Shown: positions 39,856 to 49,948 of the stretch, in pieces
Position numbering within the stretch: the first letter of the stretch is position 1
Layout: each line of letters begins with the position of its first letter
Assembly (NCBI GenBank): GCA_020348445.1
Contig: CP070751.1
Span: forward strand, 64,001 to 128,000
DNA: 64,000 nt
Source: Thermoplasmata archaeon
GTDB lineage: Archaea > Thermoplasmatota > Thermoplasmata > GCA-020350865
Direction of reading: 5' to 3'
Notes under the pieces: model-generated
Databases searched by the model: none
What the model saw: only the letters and a program-made list of their open reading frames with translations
Told to the model about the DNA's origin: nothing
Translations under genes and position numbers: made by a program

Positions 39856-42800
39856 TTATTCTTCTTTACGTTCCTCTACAATATCTTCTACTTCCCCGCC
39901 AACTTCTTCCTCACCAGAAACAGGCTCAGTAATTTCCTCTTCCGACACTTCCCCTGCCTTCCCTACTTCCCCTATCTCCTCTTTTTCCATGACCGCCAAT
40001 TTCACTATATAGTCATCTATCTTTTTATCCAGAATCAGGAAATGATTTTCCTCGATCTTGCCTCTATGAACGTCTTTTTTAATATCATCTCTCAAGAGGA
40101 TTAACTCCTCCTCACAGGTCTTTGGATCTTCCTTATATTCATTGAATGTGTCTTCTATCCTTTCCATATACCGCCTGAGCTTACTCCGCTTTTTTCTTAT
40201 GGAAAGAAATCCAATCAAAAACACGATGATAGAGGCTAAAACCGTTCCACCAGTGATTATCGGCTCCCAGGTCTCCCAGAACGATCCTTCGCCCTCTTTT
40301 TCAGGTGCTTCTTCAGATTCTTTTTCGGTGGTAAACGACCAATTATGTTCTTTTTCTAAATTATTACCCACAAAATCCTTTGCATCTGTTGAAATTGTGA
40401 TAGTATAAATTGTTTTATATGATAAGGGAGAATCAGGATCAAAAATAAGATCATTACCATCCCAAGATAATTGTCCACCTACAGAAGGTTCAATTGAAAA
40501 TGCATCTTTTGTTGCGCTTTCCTTCATCCTCTCATTAAAAGTTACTGTGATTGTTGTGTCAATGGGTACTTCGATGCCCCTTGGTGAATAGTCAGTTATT
40601 GTTGGGGGAGATACATCCTGAATTGAGGTCGTGATAAATTGCCAGGTATATTCAACTTCTAAGTTATTACCAGCTAAATCCTTTACCACAGTACCAATAG
40701 TTACAGTATATGGTGTACCATACTCCAATGCATACTCCGAATTGAATATCAGTTTGTTTCCTTCCCAGTTGGTTATTCCCGTGAGTGCAGGTGTGATTGA
40801 AAATATGTTATCTGTTATAGTGGTGTCCATCTCCTCATTAAATGTTACCGAGATTATAGTGCTTACAGGAACATTGTTGCCTTCTGGGAATTTTTCGATA
40901 ACAGTTGGTGGTGTTATATCTACATCCGTTATCGTGATGATAATATCATTCTGGTCATTTGGCATCTCAGATACCTGACCACCGGCACCATAATAAGCTA
41001 TAGATTGAACTGAGGATTTATCTGCAGCTTTGATGTAATAATCCACACCATCAGTAGTGACCACATCTGCAGGGATGTCAGCAGAATAAACATAACCACT
41101 TCTAGTCATCGTTATGTTTGTATATTTTGTGTCGATAATCCTCTTATAAAACAACTCTACATAATCAACATCGCTATGATCATCTGTAACTGTGGCTGAT
41201 ATCGTTATTGCAGAACCTTCACTACCTGCTGTTACAGGCGTGTGAGAAATGGAAGGGGGTGTTGTATCAATATATACATCAACATATCTATCAATATAAT
41301 TTCCTGCCTCGTCGTAGGCTCTTACTATAATGTTGTGTATTCCATCGGCTTGTATCGGTAAAGTAAAAGGACTTGCTTGTGTCGTAAAAGATCCACTATC
41401 GATCCTAATCTCATAGTGATCAATACCGCTTGTTGCATCTGTTGTAAAGAAAGTTATCTGAGGTTGATTGTCAATTATCCAACCAATAGGTGCGCTGGGA
41501 CTGAAATCAACTGGGTCAGTGGTATCGATAAAAACATCGACATCGCTGTCTTTGTAATTCCCAGCTAAATCGAAAGCTCGCACCGTTATGGTATGTATCC
41601 CATCAGACTGTGGCGATAAAGTGTACGGGCTTGTCCGAGAGAAAAATCCTCCATAATCAATACTAACCTCATAATGGTCGATTCCACTGGTTGCATCTGT
41701 TGTAGAAAATGAAATAGTGGGCTGGGAATTATAGGTCCAGTCACTGGGATCTGCAATAGGTGTAAAACTATTTGGTGAAGTGGCATCTATGTATACATCC
41801 ACGAAGCCATCTCGATAATTACCGGCCTTGTCATAGGCTCTTACAGTTATATTGTGTATTCCATCAGACTGTGGAGGTAACATATATGGACTAGTTTGGG
41901 TAGAAAAGCCCCCAGCGTCTATTTTCACTTGATAATAATCAACGCCACTTGTTGCATCATTTGTTGAGAATGATATTTCTGGTTGGATGGTATCAGTCCA
42001 ACTGGAAGGAGTGGCAATTGGTGTAAAACTATCAGGTGGAATTGTATCAATTGTTATATTCCAGTAATTGCTGTATGGTGACCAGTCCCTGCCATCATCC
42101 ATGGTTCGGACTTTCCAATACCAGGAGCCATCAGCAATAGCAGTATAACCTGTTCCATCAGGAAATTGCCAATATGTATTTGATGAGCTTTGTTCTCCGC
42201 TATCGTAATCAACATCACCAAAGCTATTGTTATCATCGATTAAAACATGTAATCCACCTTGGATTCCATCCAAATCCAAGAAGTTCCAACTGAACAAGGG
42301 AGTACTATCATTTGTGATGATATTATTTAATGGACCAACTGGATTTGGCGCAGCTGGAATTTGATTGAAAAATATTGTTACATCCTGTAAAATAGGCGTT
42401 TGATTTCCCATACTGGTGTTAAAATATATTTTATATTGAATTATTGCGTCCAAATCATGGCCAGACCAGATATCGGTATCTGATATTTCATAATAGGTAG
42501 AGGGGGTTCCGTCAGGGCCTATAAAATCTGGTCCTGAGCTTTCGGTTTTCAATTGAAATCTGATGTCTGTATTGAGAGTTTCGAAAGAGTTCCAGCTTAT
42601 TGTAGTCCAATTAACACCAAAACCTGCATTAAAAGGTTGTGATTCCAATGTCCCGATATAGAGAAATCTATTATATGAGACATTAATATTTTGTACACTT
42701 GGTGCGCTTACATTACTGGATGTTAAATTCACTCGGTAGTAAAAGTTATCCCCCTGCCAACGCAAGTTAGATAAATCTATGGAATTGAATCCACCCGTTA

Positions 42801-44319
42801 ATAAATCCCAGCCGCCTAGAACGCCGTTTTTATCATTCCATTCAGTCATATTTTGTGAAAACTGAACTTTGATTCCAGTTTCGGGTGGTGTTTGGGTGGT
42901 GCAGTTAAAATAATCAATAGAATAAACACTCTGCCCTTCAAGCAAGTTTGTCGAGGTAAAGTCGCCATAAAAGAATTCAACAATACCAGTGTCATTTGTT
43001 TTTATCAAACTATTTTGACCGGCAACAATAAAGCCACCGTCGGAAGTCACCTTAACTGAATTACCACTTTCATAAGTATAATATCTTTGCCAAACAAGAT
43101 TGCCATTTGAATCCAATTTTATAAGTGTATTACCTTCCTCATCACCACGTGTAATAATAACATACCCGCCATCAGCAGTTCTATGCACTTCATTTCCATA
43201 GTCCTCAGAGCCGACATAGCCCCAAGTAGTATCCCATTGTACGGCACCCACGGAATCGGTTTTGATTACCCACACATCTCCGTTGCCAGGACCAAAAGAC
43301 ATTGTTAACCCAGAGATGATATAACCTCCATCGTAAGTTTGATTTACTGAGAGGCCATAATCTTCTTGCGGTCCGCCGTAAGTTTTATTCCATTCTTCAT
43401 TACCTGAAGAATCGGTTTTTATTAAATATATATCTTCTGGATCTATACCAAATGAATATGTATTCCCAACGACAATAAAACCACCGTCGGATGTCTCCTG
43501 GGCTGAGTTGCCAACATCACCCCCATCCCCTCCAAAGGTTTTACTCCATATCTCGCTGCCTGCACTATCGGTTTTAATCAGCCATATATTACTACCAGCA
43601 GGACCAAAAGAGCGTGTGAATCCTGTAATTATATAGCCACCATCAGAGGTTTGCTTGATTGAATGACCCCTATCGAGACCACCTCCCCCAAATGTTTTAT
43701 TCCATACCTCATTACCGGATGAATCGGTTTTAATTAGCCAGACATCATCAAAAGCAGCACCGTAGGAATCAGTGGTACCTGTAATCATATAACCATCATC
43801 AGAAGCCAGGCAGACAGAATTACCAATATCGTAACCACTCCCGCCGATGGACTTATTCCATTCTTCATCACCAGTAGAATTGGTTTTAAAAAGCAATACA
43901 TCAGTGTTGCCATCATAATATCGACCAGTGGCTATGTAACCACCATCTTTGGTCTGTTGAACTGAATGAAATTCGAACACCGCACCGATGTCGTACGTAT
44001 AATTAAATTTGATTAATTTGGCTTCCCCGGCAAAAGGATCAACATTTACTTTATTTTTCAAGCTAATTTTTGATTCGTTAAAAAAGTTATCTTCTACATA
44101 TTCTATTTGTAATGCAAGCGTAACATTGCCCTCAAATGTTACGGTTACATTTACTCCTGTGCCTGCTTGAAAATCCGCCTGTGTTGTCTGCGTCCAGCTC
44201 GAACCTGCTGAGGCGTTCTTTACAAATGGCCCATTAAAAGGTATTACCTGAATTACAGACATTATCAGCAATACTCCCATGAACCATCGAAGCGCTCGTC
44301 TTACCTTTTGCCCACACAT
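39856..44319 (-). CDS. Array gene 6: 1487-aa surface protein; 7-blade head, 3 short Ig-like repeats, 2 Big_5-like domains, TM, conserved tail
   Basis: ORF track plus hand count of repeats. Confidence 0.92.
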   Translation of the reverse strand: MCGQKVRRALRWFMGVLLIMSVIQVIPFNGPFVKNASAGSSWTQTTQADFQAGTGVNVTVTFEGNVTLALQIEYVEDNFFNESKISLKNKVNVDPFAGEAKLIKFNYTYDIGAVFEFHSVQQTKDGGYIATGRYYDGNTDVLLFKTNSTGDEEWNKSIGGSGYDIGNSVCLASDDGYMITGTTDSYGAAFDDVWLIKTDSSGNEVWNKTFGGGGLDRGHSIKQTSDGGYIITGFTRSFGPAGSNIWLIKTDSAGSEIWSKTFGGDGGDVGNSAQETSDGGFIVVGNTYSFGIDPEDIYLIKTDSSGNEEWNKTYGGPQEDYGLSVNQTYDGGYIISGLTMSFGPGNGDVWVIKTDSVGAVQWDTTWGYVGSEDYGNEVHRTADGGYVIITRGDEEGNTLIKLDSNGNLVWQRYYTYESGNSVKVTSDGGFIVAGQNSLIKTNDTGIVEFFYGDFTSTNLLEGQSVYSIDYFNCTTQTPPETGIKVQFSQNMTEWNDKNGVLGGWDLLTGGFNSIDLSNLRWQGDNFYYRVNLTSSNVSAPSVQNINVSYNRFLYIGTLESQPFNAGFGVNWTTISWNSFETLNTDIRFQLKTESSGPDFIGPDGTPSTYYEISDTDIWSGHDLDAIIQYKIYFNTSMGNQTPILQDVTIFFNQIPAAPNPVGPLNNIITNDSTPLFSWNFLDLDGIQGGLHVLIDDNNSFGDVDYDSGEQSSSNTYWQFPDGTGYTAIADGSWYWKVRTMDDGRDWSPYSNYWNITIDTIPPDSFTPIATPSSWTDTIQPEISFSTNDATSGVDYYQVKIDAGGFSTQTSPYMLPPQSDGIHNITVRAYDKAGNYRDGFVDVYIDATSPNSFTPIADPSDWTYNSQPTISFSTTDATSGIDHYEVSIDYGGFFSRTSPYTLSPQSDGIHTITVRAFDLAGNYKDSDVDVFIDTTDPVDFSPSAPIGWIIDNQPQITFFTTDATSGIDHYEIRIDSGSFTTQASPFTLPIQADGIHNIIVRAYDEAGNYIDRYVDVYIDTTPPSISHTPVTAGSEGSAITISATVTDDHSDVDYVELFYKRIIDTKYTNITMTRSGYVYSADIPADVVTTDGVDYYIKAADKSSVQSIAYYGAGGQVSEMPNDQNDIIITITDVDITPPTVIEKFPEGNNVPVSTIISVTFNEEMDTTITDNIFSITPALTGITNWEGNKLIFNSEYALEYGTPYTVTIGTVVKDLAGNNLEVEYTWQFITTSIQDVSPPTITDYSPRGIEVPIDTTITVTFNERMKESATKDAFSIEPSVGGQLSWDGNDLIFDPDSPLSYKTIYTITISTDAKDFVGNNLEKEHNWSFTTEKESEEAPEKEGEGSFWETWEPIITGGTVLASIIVFLIGFLSIRKKRSKLRRYMERIEDTFNEYKEDPKTCEEELILLRDDIKKDVHRGKIEENHFLILDKKIDDYIVKLAVMEKEEIGEVGKAGEVSEEEITEPVSGEEEVGGEVEDIVEERKEE
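42985..44004 (-). repeat. 7 x blade repeats, degenerate (gene 6)
   Basis: Same consensus; blades 1, 6 and 7 are shortened. Confidence 0.85.
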
Positions 44320-44358
44320 AAGAAGCCCCCTCCGTGTTATTGTAAATCTTATGGATAA

Positions 44359-44389
44359 GATATAATATGGCTATTTAAAATTATCTTTT
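44359..44389 (-). promoter_or_regulatory. Array promoter copy 6
   Basis: Plus strand gatataatatggctatttaaaattatctttt. Confidence 0.8.
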
Positions 44390-44413
44390 GTCTGGCCCCG
44401 GTCCCATTAAATC

Positions 44414-47400
44414 CTATTCAAAACCCCCGCCAATATCTTCTTCCTCTGAAACAGATTCGGAAACCGGTTCGGTAATATCCTCTTCCAACCCAATCCCTGC
44501 TTCCTCTTTTTCCAGGGATTTCATTTCCATTATATAATCGTCGATCTTCTTATCAAGAATCAGAAAGTGGTTTTCCTCGAGCTTGCCTTCCTTGACCTCG
44601 GCTTTAATATCTTCCCTAAGGGCGATTAGCTCCTGCTCGCACTCCTGGTAATTCTCTTTATATTTGTTGTATGTATCGTCCACCCTCTCCAAATACTGGC
44701 GAAGTTTGCTGCGCTTCTTTCTTAAGGATAGAAATCCAACAAGGAACAATAAAAGTGAAAATAGAATCGTAACACCAGTAATTATGGGTTCCCAAGTCTC
44801 CCAAAATGATGTCTCTTTTTCAGCTTCGCCTCCCGTGATAAAGGACCAATTGTGGTATTTCTGAAGAGCCCTTCCCTCTAAATCTTTTGCCTGTATCGAA
44901 ATGGTCACATTATATTGTGTCACCGCCTTTAAAGGAGAGCTGGGTGTAAAGGTAAGGGTAGCACCTATCCATTCATATACACCACCAACAGTTGGGGATA
45001 TTGTAAATGCACTTTCCACTGAATCTTGATCCATTGGTTTACTAAATGCTACAGAGATAGTGGTATCTAATGGAACATTTGAACCTTCCGGAGAATAATC
45101 AACTACGCTTGGGTAAATTGAGTCGGCTCCTGTGATCGTTATATCGATGTCATTTGACGAATCAGGTTCTGTATTTGTACTCCCAGGCGTACTAAAATAT
45201 AAAATGTTTGGAGGATTTGCCTTATCTTTTACTTCAATATAATACTCGATCCCTTCAGAGGTAACCACAGTCCCTGGTATATCTGCCGAGTAAACATTAC
45301 CATTTGCTGTCATATGGATCTGGGCGTAGGATGTCTCAGTGGGTTTCTTATAATACAATATAACATTTTCCACACCGCTTCCATCGTCTGTTACAGTTGC
45401 TGTGATGTTTATTGGATCTCCTATTGTTCCGCTTGTAACAGGTGTATGAGTAATGGTGGGCGGATCTGTATCGATATATATGTCCACATAACCATCAATG
45501 TAATTACCAGCCTCATCGAAGGCCCTTACTGTGATGTTATGGATTCCATCGATTTGGGGTGGAAACAAATATGGACTCGATTGTGTTGAAAAACCTCCTG
45601 TGCCTATTTTTACCTCATAATGATCAATACCGCTGGTTGCATCTGTTGTTGAGAAAGTGATATTAAAATTAGAATTTGAAGTCCAGCTAGCATAATCAGC
45701 AACAGGAGTAAAACTGCTTGGGGAATTCGTATCCAATTGCATGATTCCTATTCCGTAATTCAAATAATTTTTATTACCCACATTGTCTTCGAGCCACAGA
45801 TATATGTTCGTCGCACCTTCGGGGGCATTGGTAATGGTAAAGGGTTTCTCTGATGTCCATGTACCATCTGACTGGGATGAGGGAGGTGAGTTCCCTATAT
45901 AATAATATACACCTGTCTTTATTCCAGAATCATCAAAGGGTTCTGTCCAATCGATGGTAAATGAATTTGTATAAGTCCAGGTACTTGGGTTAATAGTCAT
46001 GCCTGTAGGCTCAGTTGGAGCAGAACCATCATAATATACAATTACAGAATTGTGATTGTTATAATCCACATTACCTCCGTCATCTTTTAGCCAGACATAT
46101 ATCGTATGTTGGCCGTCACCAGAAACTGTGATATCACTAATAGAACTGATGCCTGGATTTAAAACATAAGTACCATCGGTATTTGATGTCGGTGGGGAAT
46201 CTAGCTTATAATATGCACCCATGATTCCCGAGTCGTCGACGGGGTTTGTCCATGTGACTGTAAATGAATTTGTGGGTGTCCATGTGGAAGGATCAGCTGC
46301 AATACCTATTGGCAAAGATGGTGCAGTGCTATCATAATACAAGAATGTGGAATTATAGGTGGTATGATTTGTATTGCCTGCAAGATCAACTAACCAAATA
46401 TAGATCGTGTGTTGACCCTCACCAGTAACTGTAATGTCCTCGATGGAGGAAACTCCTGAACCGGGAACATAAGTTCCATCAGTATCAGATGTAGGAGGAC
46501 TGTCCAACTTATAGTAAGTCCCTGCTATTCCCGAGAGTTCGCTTGGATCTGTCCATGTAACATCGAACGAGTTCGTGGGTGCCCAGGTATCGGGAGCGCC
46601 CATCACATCTGTGGGTGTTGAAGGTGCAGTGCTATCATAATACAAAACAGTAGTGGAATACGTTGTATAATCAGTATTACTTGCGTTGTCTTTTAACCAG
46701 ATATAAATTGTATGTGCACCGTCTCCAGAAACAGTGATATCGTTTAATGAAGTTATTCCCCCTCCAGCCACATAAGTTCCGTCAGTATCAGATGTAGGGG
46801 GATTGTCCAATTTGTAAAAAGCTCCGGCTATTCCCGATAAATCGGCTGGATTTGTCCACAAAACATCAAACAAATTTGTCGACGTCCAGGAACTTGGATT
46901 TGCAGTTACATCTAATGGTGAAGATGGTGCGGTGGCATCGTAGTACAGGGTTGTCTCGTTATAAGTGGAATAATCTGTGTTACTTGCATTGTCTTCCAAC
47001 CAGATATAGATTTGATGTGCACCCTCAGTATTTACACTAATAGCGCCAATTGAATTGATCCCTGGGTCTGAGTGAGATAAATCAAAGTCAGTATTTGATG
47101 TGGGGGGTGAATCCAATTTCATATATGCGCCTGCAATACCTGAGGTGTCAAAAGGATTTGTCCAGTAAATATCAAAGTTATCGTCATTGGTCCAACTGCT
47201 TGGGACGGCAGTAATATCAATGGGAGAGGACGGGGGGATAGAATCATAATACAGAATCGTTGTGTTATAATTGGTATAATCCACATTATTTACTACATCT
47301 TTTAACCAGATGTAAATTGTATGTTCACCGTCTCCGGAAACTGTAATGCTGCTAATAGAATTCACTGCACCTGGTACGTAAGTTCCATCTGTATTTGATG

Positions 47401-49855
47401 TTGGTGGGGAATCCAGTTTATAATAGGCTCCTGCTATTCCCGATAGATCTGTAGGATCAGCCCATGTTACTTCAAAGAAATTGGTAGATGTCCAAGTTAA
47501 AGGATCTGCCCTAATTTCATCCGGTGACAAGACAGTAGTATCTATTGTAAAAGACCAATTGAGGCTGTACGGGCTCCAATCCCCATCATCATCCCTTGTG
47601 CGGACTTTCCAGAACCAGATTCCATCGGTTATTTCAGTGTAACCAGTATTTATTGGAAACTGCCAGAATTCATCTGTGGAGCTCTGCTGACCGCTGTCGT
47701 AGTCCACACTACCAAAGTTATAGTCATCATCAATTAAAACCTGAAATCCATCTTGAAATCCATCCGAATCGGAAAATTGCCACCTGAACATGGGCGTACT
47801 ATCGTTTGTGATTAAGTCGGCTGGGGGAGTATTTAAATTTGGTGCATCTGGAATAAAATTGTAAAATATTGTTACATCCTCTAAAATGGGTGAAACACTT
47901 GCATCTATGGTATCTAAATATACCTTGTATTGAATCCATGAGTCAAAATCATGACCAGACCATATATCGGTTCCCGAGAACTCATAATAAGTTGATGCGC
48001 TTCCGCCGGGGCCCACAAAATCAATTGTGCTGTCACTATTCAATTGAAATTTGATATTTGTATTAAGAGGTTCAAAAGCGGTCCAAGTTATAGTTTTCCA
48101 TTTAACATCCGAGGCAAGATTTAATTGTTGTGATTCCAACGATCCAGAATATAAATATTGACTGTATGAGAGAGCAATATTTTGAACAACTGGAGAGCTA
48201 ATATTATCTGAAGAAAAATTCATTTGGTAGTAGAATTCACCTCCTTGCCAAGCCAAATATGCTAGATCAATGAAATTAAAACCATCAGATAAAATATCCC
48301 AACCATTCAATGTCCCGCTGGAATTATACCAATTTATTGAATCCTGGGAAAATTGCATTTTGATTTCTGTTTCGGGTAATACCGAGGCAGTACATGTAAA
48401 GTTATTGATTGAGTGAGCTCTTTGGCCTGAAAGCAAATTTACTGAGGTTATTTCACCATAAAAGAAGGGCACACAACCAGTTTCATTGGTTTTAATCAAC
48501 CATACATCAGAATCGGGATCACCAAAAGAATATGTGCTTCCAGTGAGGATAAAGCCCTTATCAGAAGTTACTTGGATTGAATAACAAGTATCTGTGCTAC
48601 CCCCGCCAAAGGTCTTGTTCCATTTCTCATTTCCAGAAGAATCTGTTTTAATTAGCCAAACATCATCGCCTCCCATACCATAAGATTGTGTATGCCCAGC
48701 GATGATAAAGCCACCATCTGGTGTCTCCCGGACTGAATAACCCCTATCTGATCTATCCCCGCCAAAGGTCTTGCTCCATTCCTCAATTCCAGAAGAGTCT
48801 GTTTTAATTAGCCGAACATCATAGTGTCCAGTAAACCATGAATATCCGGTGATGATAAAGCCACCGTCGGATGTTTCCTGGACTGATCGACCAAAATCAC
48901 TATTACTCCCACCAAAAGTTCTATTCCATTGCTCATTACCTATAGAATCTGTTTTAATCAGCCATACATCATCGTTTCCAGCACCAAAGGATTCTGTATC
49001 TCCTGCGATAATAAAACCACTGTCGGATGTCTCCTGAACTGATATACCATAATCCCCTTGACTTCCGCCAAACGTTTTATTCCATTCCTCAGAACCAGAG
49101 CTATCGGTCTTTATCAGCCATGCATCAGTGCCTCCAGCTCCCCAAGAATACGTATGTCCCGCAATGATAAAGCCGCCGTCGGATGTCTCCTGGACTGATG
49201 TACCTAAATCAGTATTAATCCCGCCGAAGCGCTTTTTCCATTTCTCAACACCAGAGCTGTCGGCATTTATTAAAATTCCTTGAACATCACCTGCTTCCAT
49301 ATTCCCAGTGATGATATAGCCGCCAGTAGATATCTCCTGGACTGATGAATCCCCATATGCAAATACAACTCCGGTGAAAGTGTTATTCCACTCCTCAAAG
49401 CCAGAGCTGTCGGTTTTTATTAACCATCCCGCTGATCCAGTTTCATACGTCGACCCAGCGATTATAAAGCCGCCATCAGAAGTTTCCTGGACTGAATATC
49501 CATGATCATCCCAACCAGCAAGCCTATCAAAGGTTTTGTTAAATTTTAAAAGCCTTGCATCCCCTGAAACATTATCGACGAATATATTATTTATATAACT
49601 GATTTTGGATTCGTTTATAAAATTATCTTCGATTATTTTATCCATTAATTTGAGAGTGACATTACCTTCACTTGTAACTGTCACATTGGTCAATATTCCT
49701 GTATTGAAATCAGCCTCCGTCGTCTGCACCCAACTCGAACCTGCAGATGCATTATCCACAAATGGCCCATCAAAAGGCATTACTTGAATTGCAGTCAATA
49801 TCAGCAATATCCCTAGAGACACTCGAAATACTCGTCTTACCTTTCGCCCACACAT
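44414..49855 (-). CDS. Array gene 7: 1813-aa surface protein; 7-blade head, 6 long and 1 short Ig-like repeats, TM, conserved tail
   Basis: ORF track plus hand count of repeats. Confidence 0.92.
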   Translation of the reverse strand: MCGRKVRRVFRVSLGILLILTAIQVMPFDGPFVDNASAGSSWVQTTEADFNTGILTNVTVTSEGNVTLKLMDKIIEDNFINESKISYINNIFVDNVSGDARLLKFNKTFDRLAGWDDHGYSVQETSDGGFIIAGSTYETGSAGWLIKTDSSGFEEWNNTFTGVVFAYGDSSVQEISTGGYIITGNMEAGDVQGILINADSSGVEKWKKRFGGINTDLGTSVQETSDGGFIIAGHTYSWGAGGTDAWLIKTDSSGSEEWNKTFGGSQGDYGISVQETSDSGFIIAGDTESFGAGNDDVWLIKTDSIGNEQWNRTFGGSNSDFGRSVQETSDGGFIITGYSWFTGHYDVRLIKTDSSGIEEWSKTFGGDRSDRGYSVRETPDGGFIIAGHTQSYGMGGDDVWLIKTDSSGNEKWNKTFGGGSTDTCYSIQVTSDKGFILTGSTYSFGDPDSDVWLIKTNETGCVPFFYGEITSVNLLSGQRAHSINNFTCTASVLPETEIKMQFSQDSINWYNSSGTLNGWDILSDGFNFIDLAYLAWQGGEFYYQMNFSSDNISSPVVQNIALSYSQYLYSGSLESQQLNLASDVKWKTITWTAFEPLNTNIKFQLNSDSTIDFVGPGGSASTYYEFSGTDIWSGHDFDSWIQYKVYLDTIDASVSPILEDVTIFYNFIPDAPNLNTPPADLITNDSTPMFRWQFSDSDGFQDGFQVLIDDDYNFGSVDYDSGQQSSTDEFWQFPINTGYTEITDGIWFWKVRTRDDDGDWSPYSLNWSFTIDTTVLSPDEIRADPLTWTSTNFFEVTWADPTDLSGIAGAYYKLDSPPTSNTDGTYVPGAVNSISSITVSGDGEHTIYIWLKDVVNNVDYTNYNTTILYYDSIPPSSPIDITAVPSSWTNDDNFDIYWTNPFDTSGIAGAYMKLDSPPTSNTDFDLSHSDPGINSIGAISVNTEGAHQIYIWLEDNASNTDYSTYNETTLYYDATAPSSPLDVTANPSSWTSTNLFDVLWTNPADLSGIAGAFYKLDNPPTSDTDGTYVAGGGITSLNDITVSGDGAHTIYIWLKDNASNTDYTTYSTTVLYYDSTAPSTPTDVMGAPDTWAPTNSFDVTWTDPSELSGIAGTYYKLDSPPTSDTDGTYVPGSGVSSIEDITVTGEGQHTIYIWLVDLAGNTNHTTYNSTFLYYDSTAPSLPIGIAADPSTWTPTNSFTVTWTNPVDDSGIMGAYYKLDSPPTSNTDGTYVLNPGISSISDITVSGDGQHTIYVWLKDDGGNVDYNNHNSVIVYYDGSAPTEPTGMTINPSTWTYTNSFTIDWTEPFDDSGIKTGVYYYIGNSPPSSQSDGTWTSEKPFTITNAPEGATNIYLWLEDNVGNKNYLNYGIGIMQLDTNSPSSFTPVADYASWTSNSNFNITFSTTDATSGIDHYEVKIGTGGFSTQSSPYLFPPQIDGIHNITVRAFDEAGNYIDGYVDIYIDTDPPTITHTPVTSGTIGDPINITATVTDDGSGVENVILYYKKPTETSYAQIHMTANGNVYSADIPGTVVTSEGIEYYIEVKDKANPPNILYFSTPGSTNTEPDSSNDIDITITGADSIYPSVVDYSPEGSNVPLDTTISVAFSKPMDQDSVESAFTISPTVGGVYEWIGATLTFTPSSPLKAVTQYNVTISIQAKDLEGRALQKYHNWSFITGGEAEKETSFWETWEPIITGVTILFSLLLFLVGFLSLRKKRSKLRQYLERVDDTYNKYKENYQECEQELIALREDIKAEVKEGKLEENHFLILDKKIDDYIMEMKSLEKEEAGIGLEEDITEPVSESVSEEEDIGGGFE
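45734..47542 (-). repeat. 6 x ~100-aa Ig/FN3-like stalk repeats (gene 7)
   Basis: Same unit as gene 2 (GIAGAYYKLDSPPTSxTDG). Confidence 0.85.
48476..49540 (-). repeat. 7 x blade repeats (gene 7)
   Basis: Same consensus, counted by hand. Confidence 0.88.
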
Positions 49856-49893
49856 GTTGGCCCCCTCCGAGTTACTGTAAATTTAATTGATTA

Positions 49894-49922
49894 GATATAA
49901 TATGGATATTTAAAATTATCTT
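49894..49922 (-). promoter_or_regulatory. Array promoter copy 7
   Basis: Plus strand gatataatatggatatttaaaattatctt. Confidence 0.8.
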
Positions 49923-49948
49923 CCTTTAAGACTAACTCCTCTTCTTCC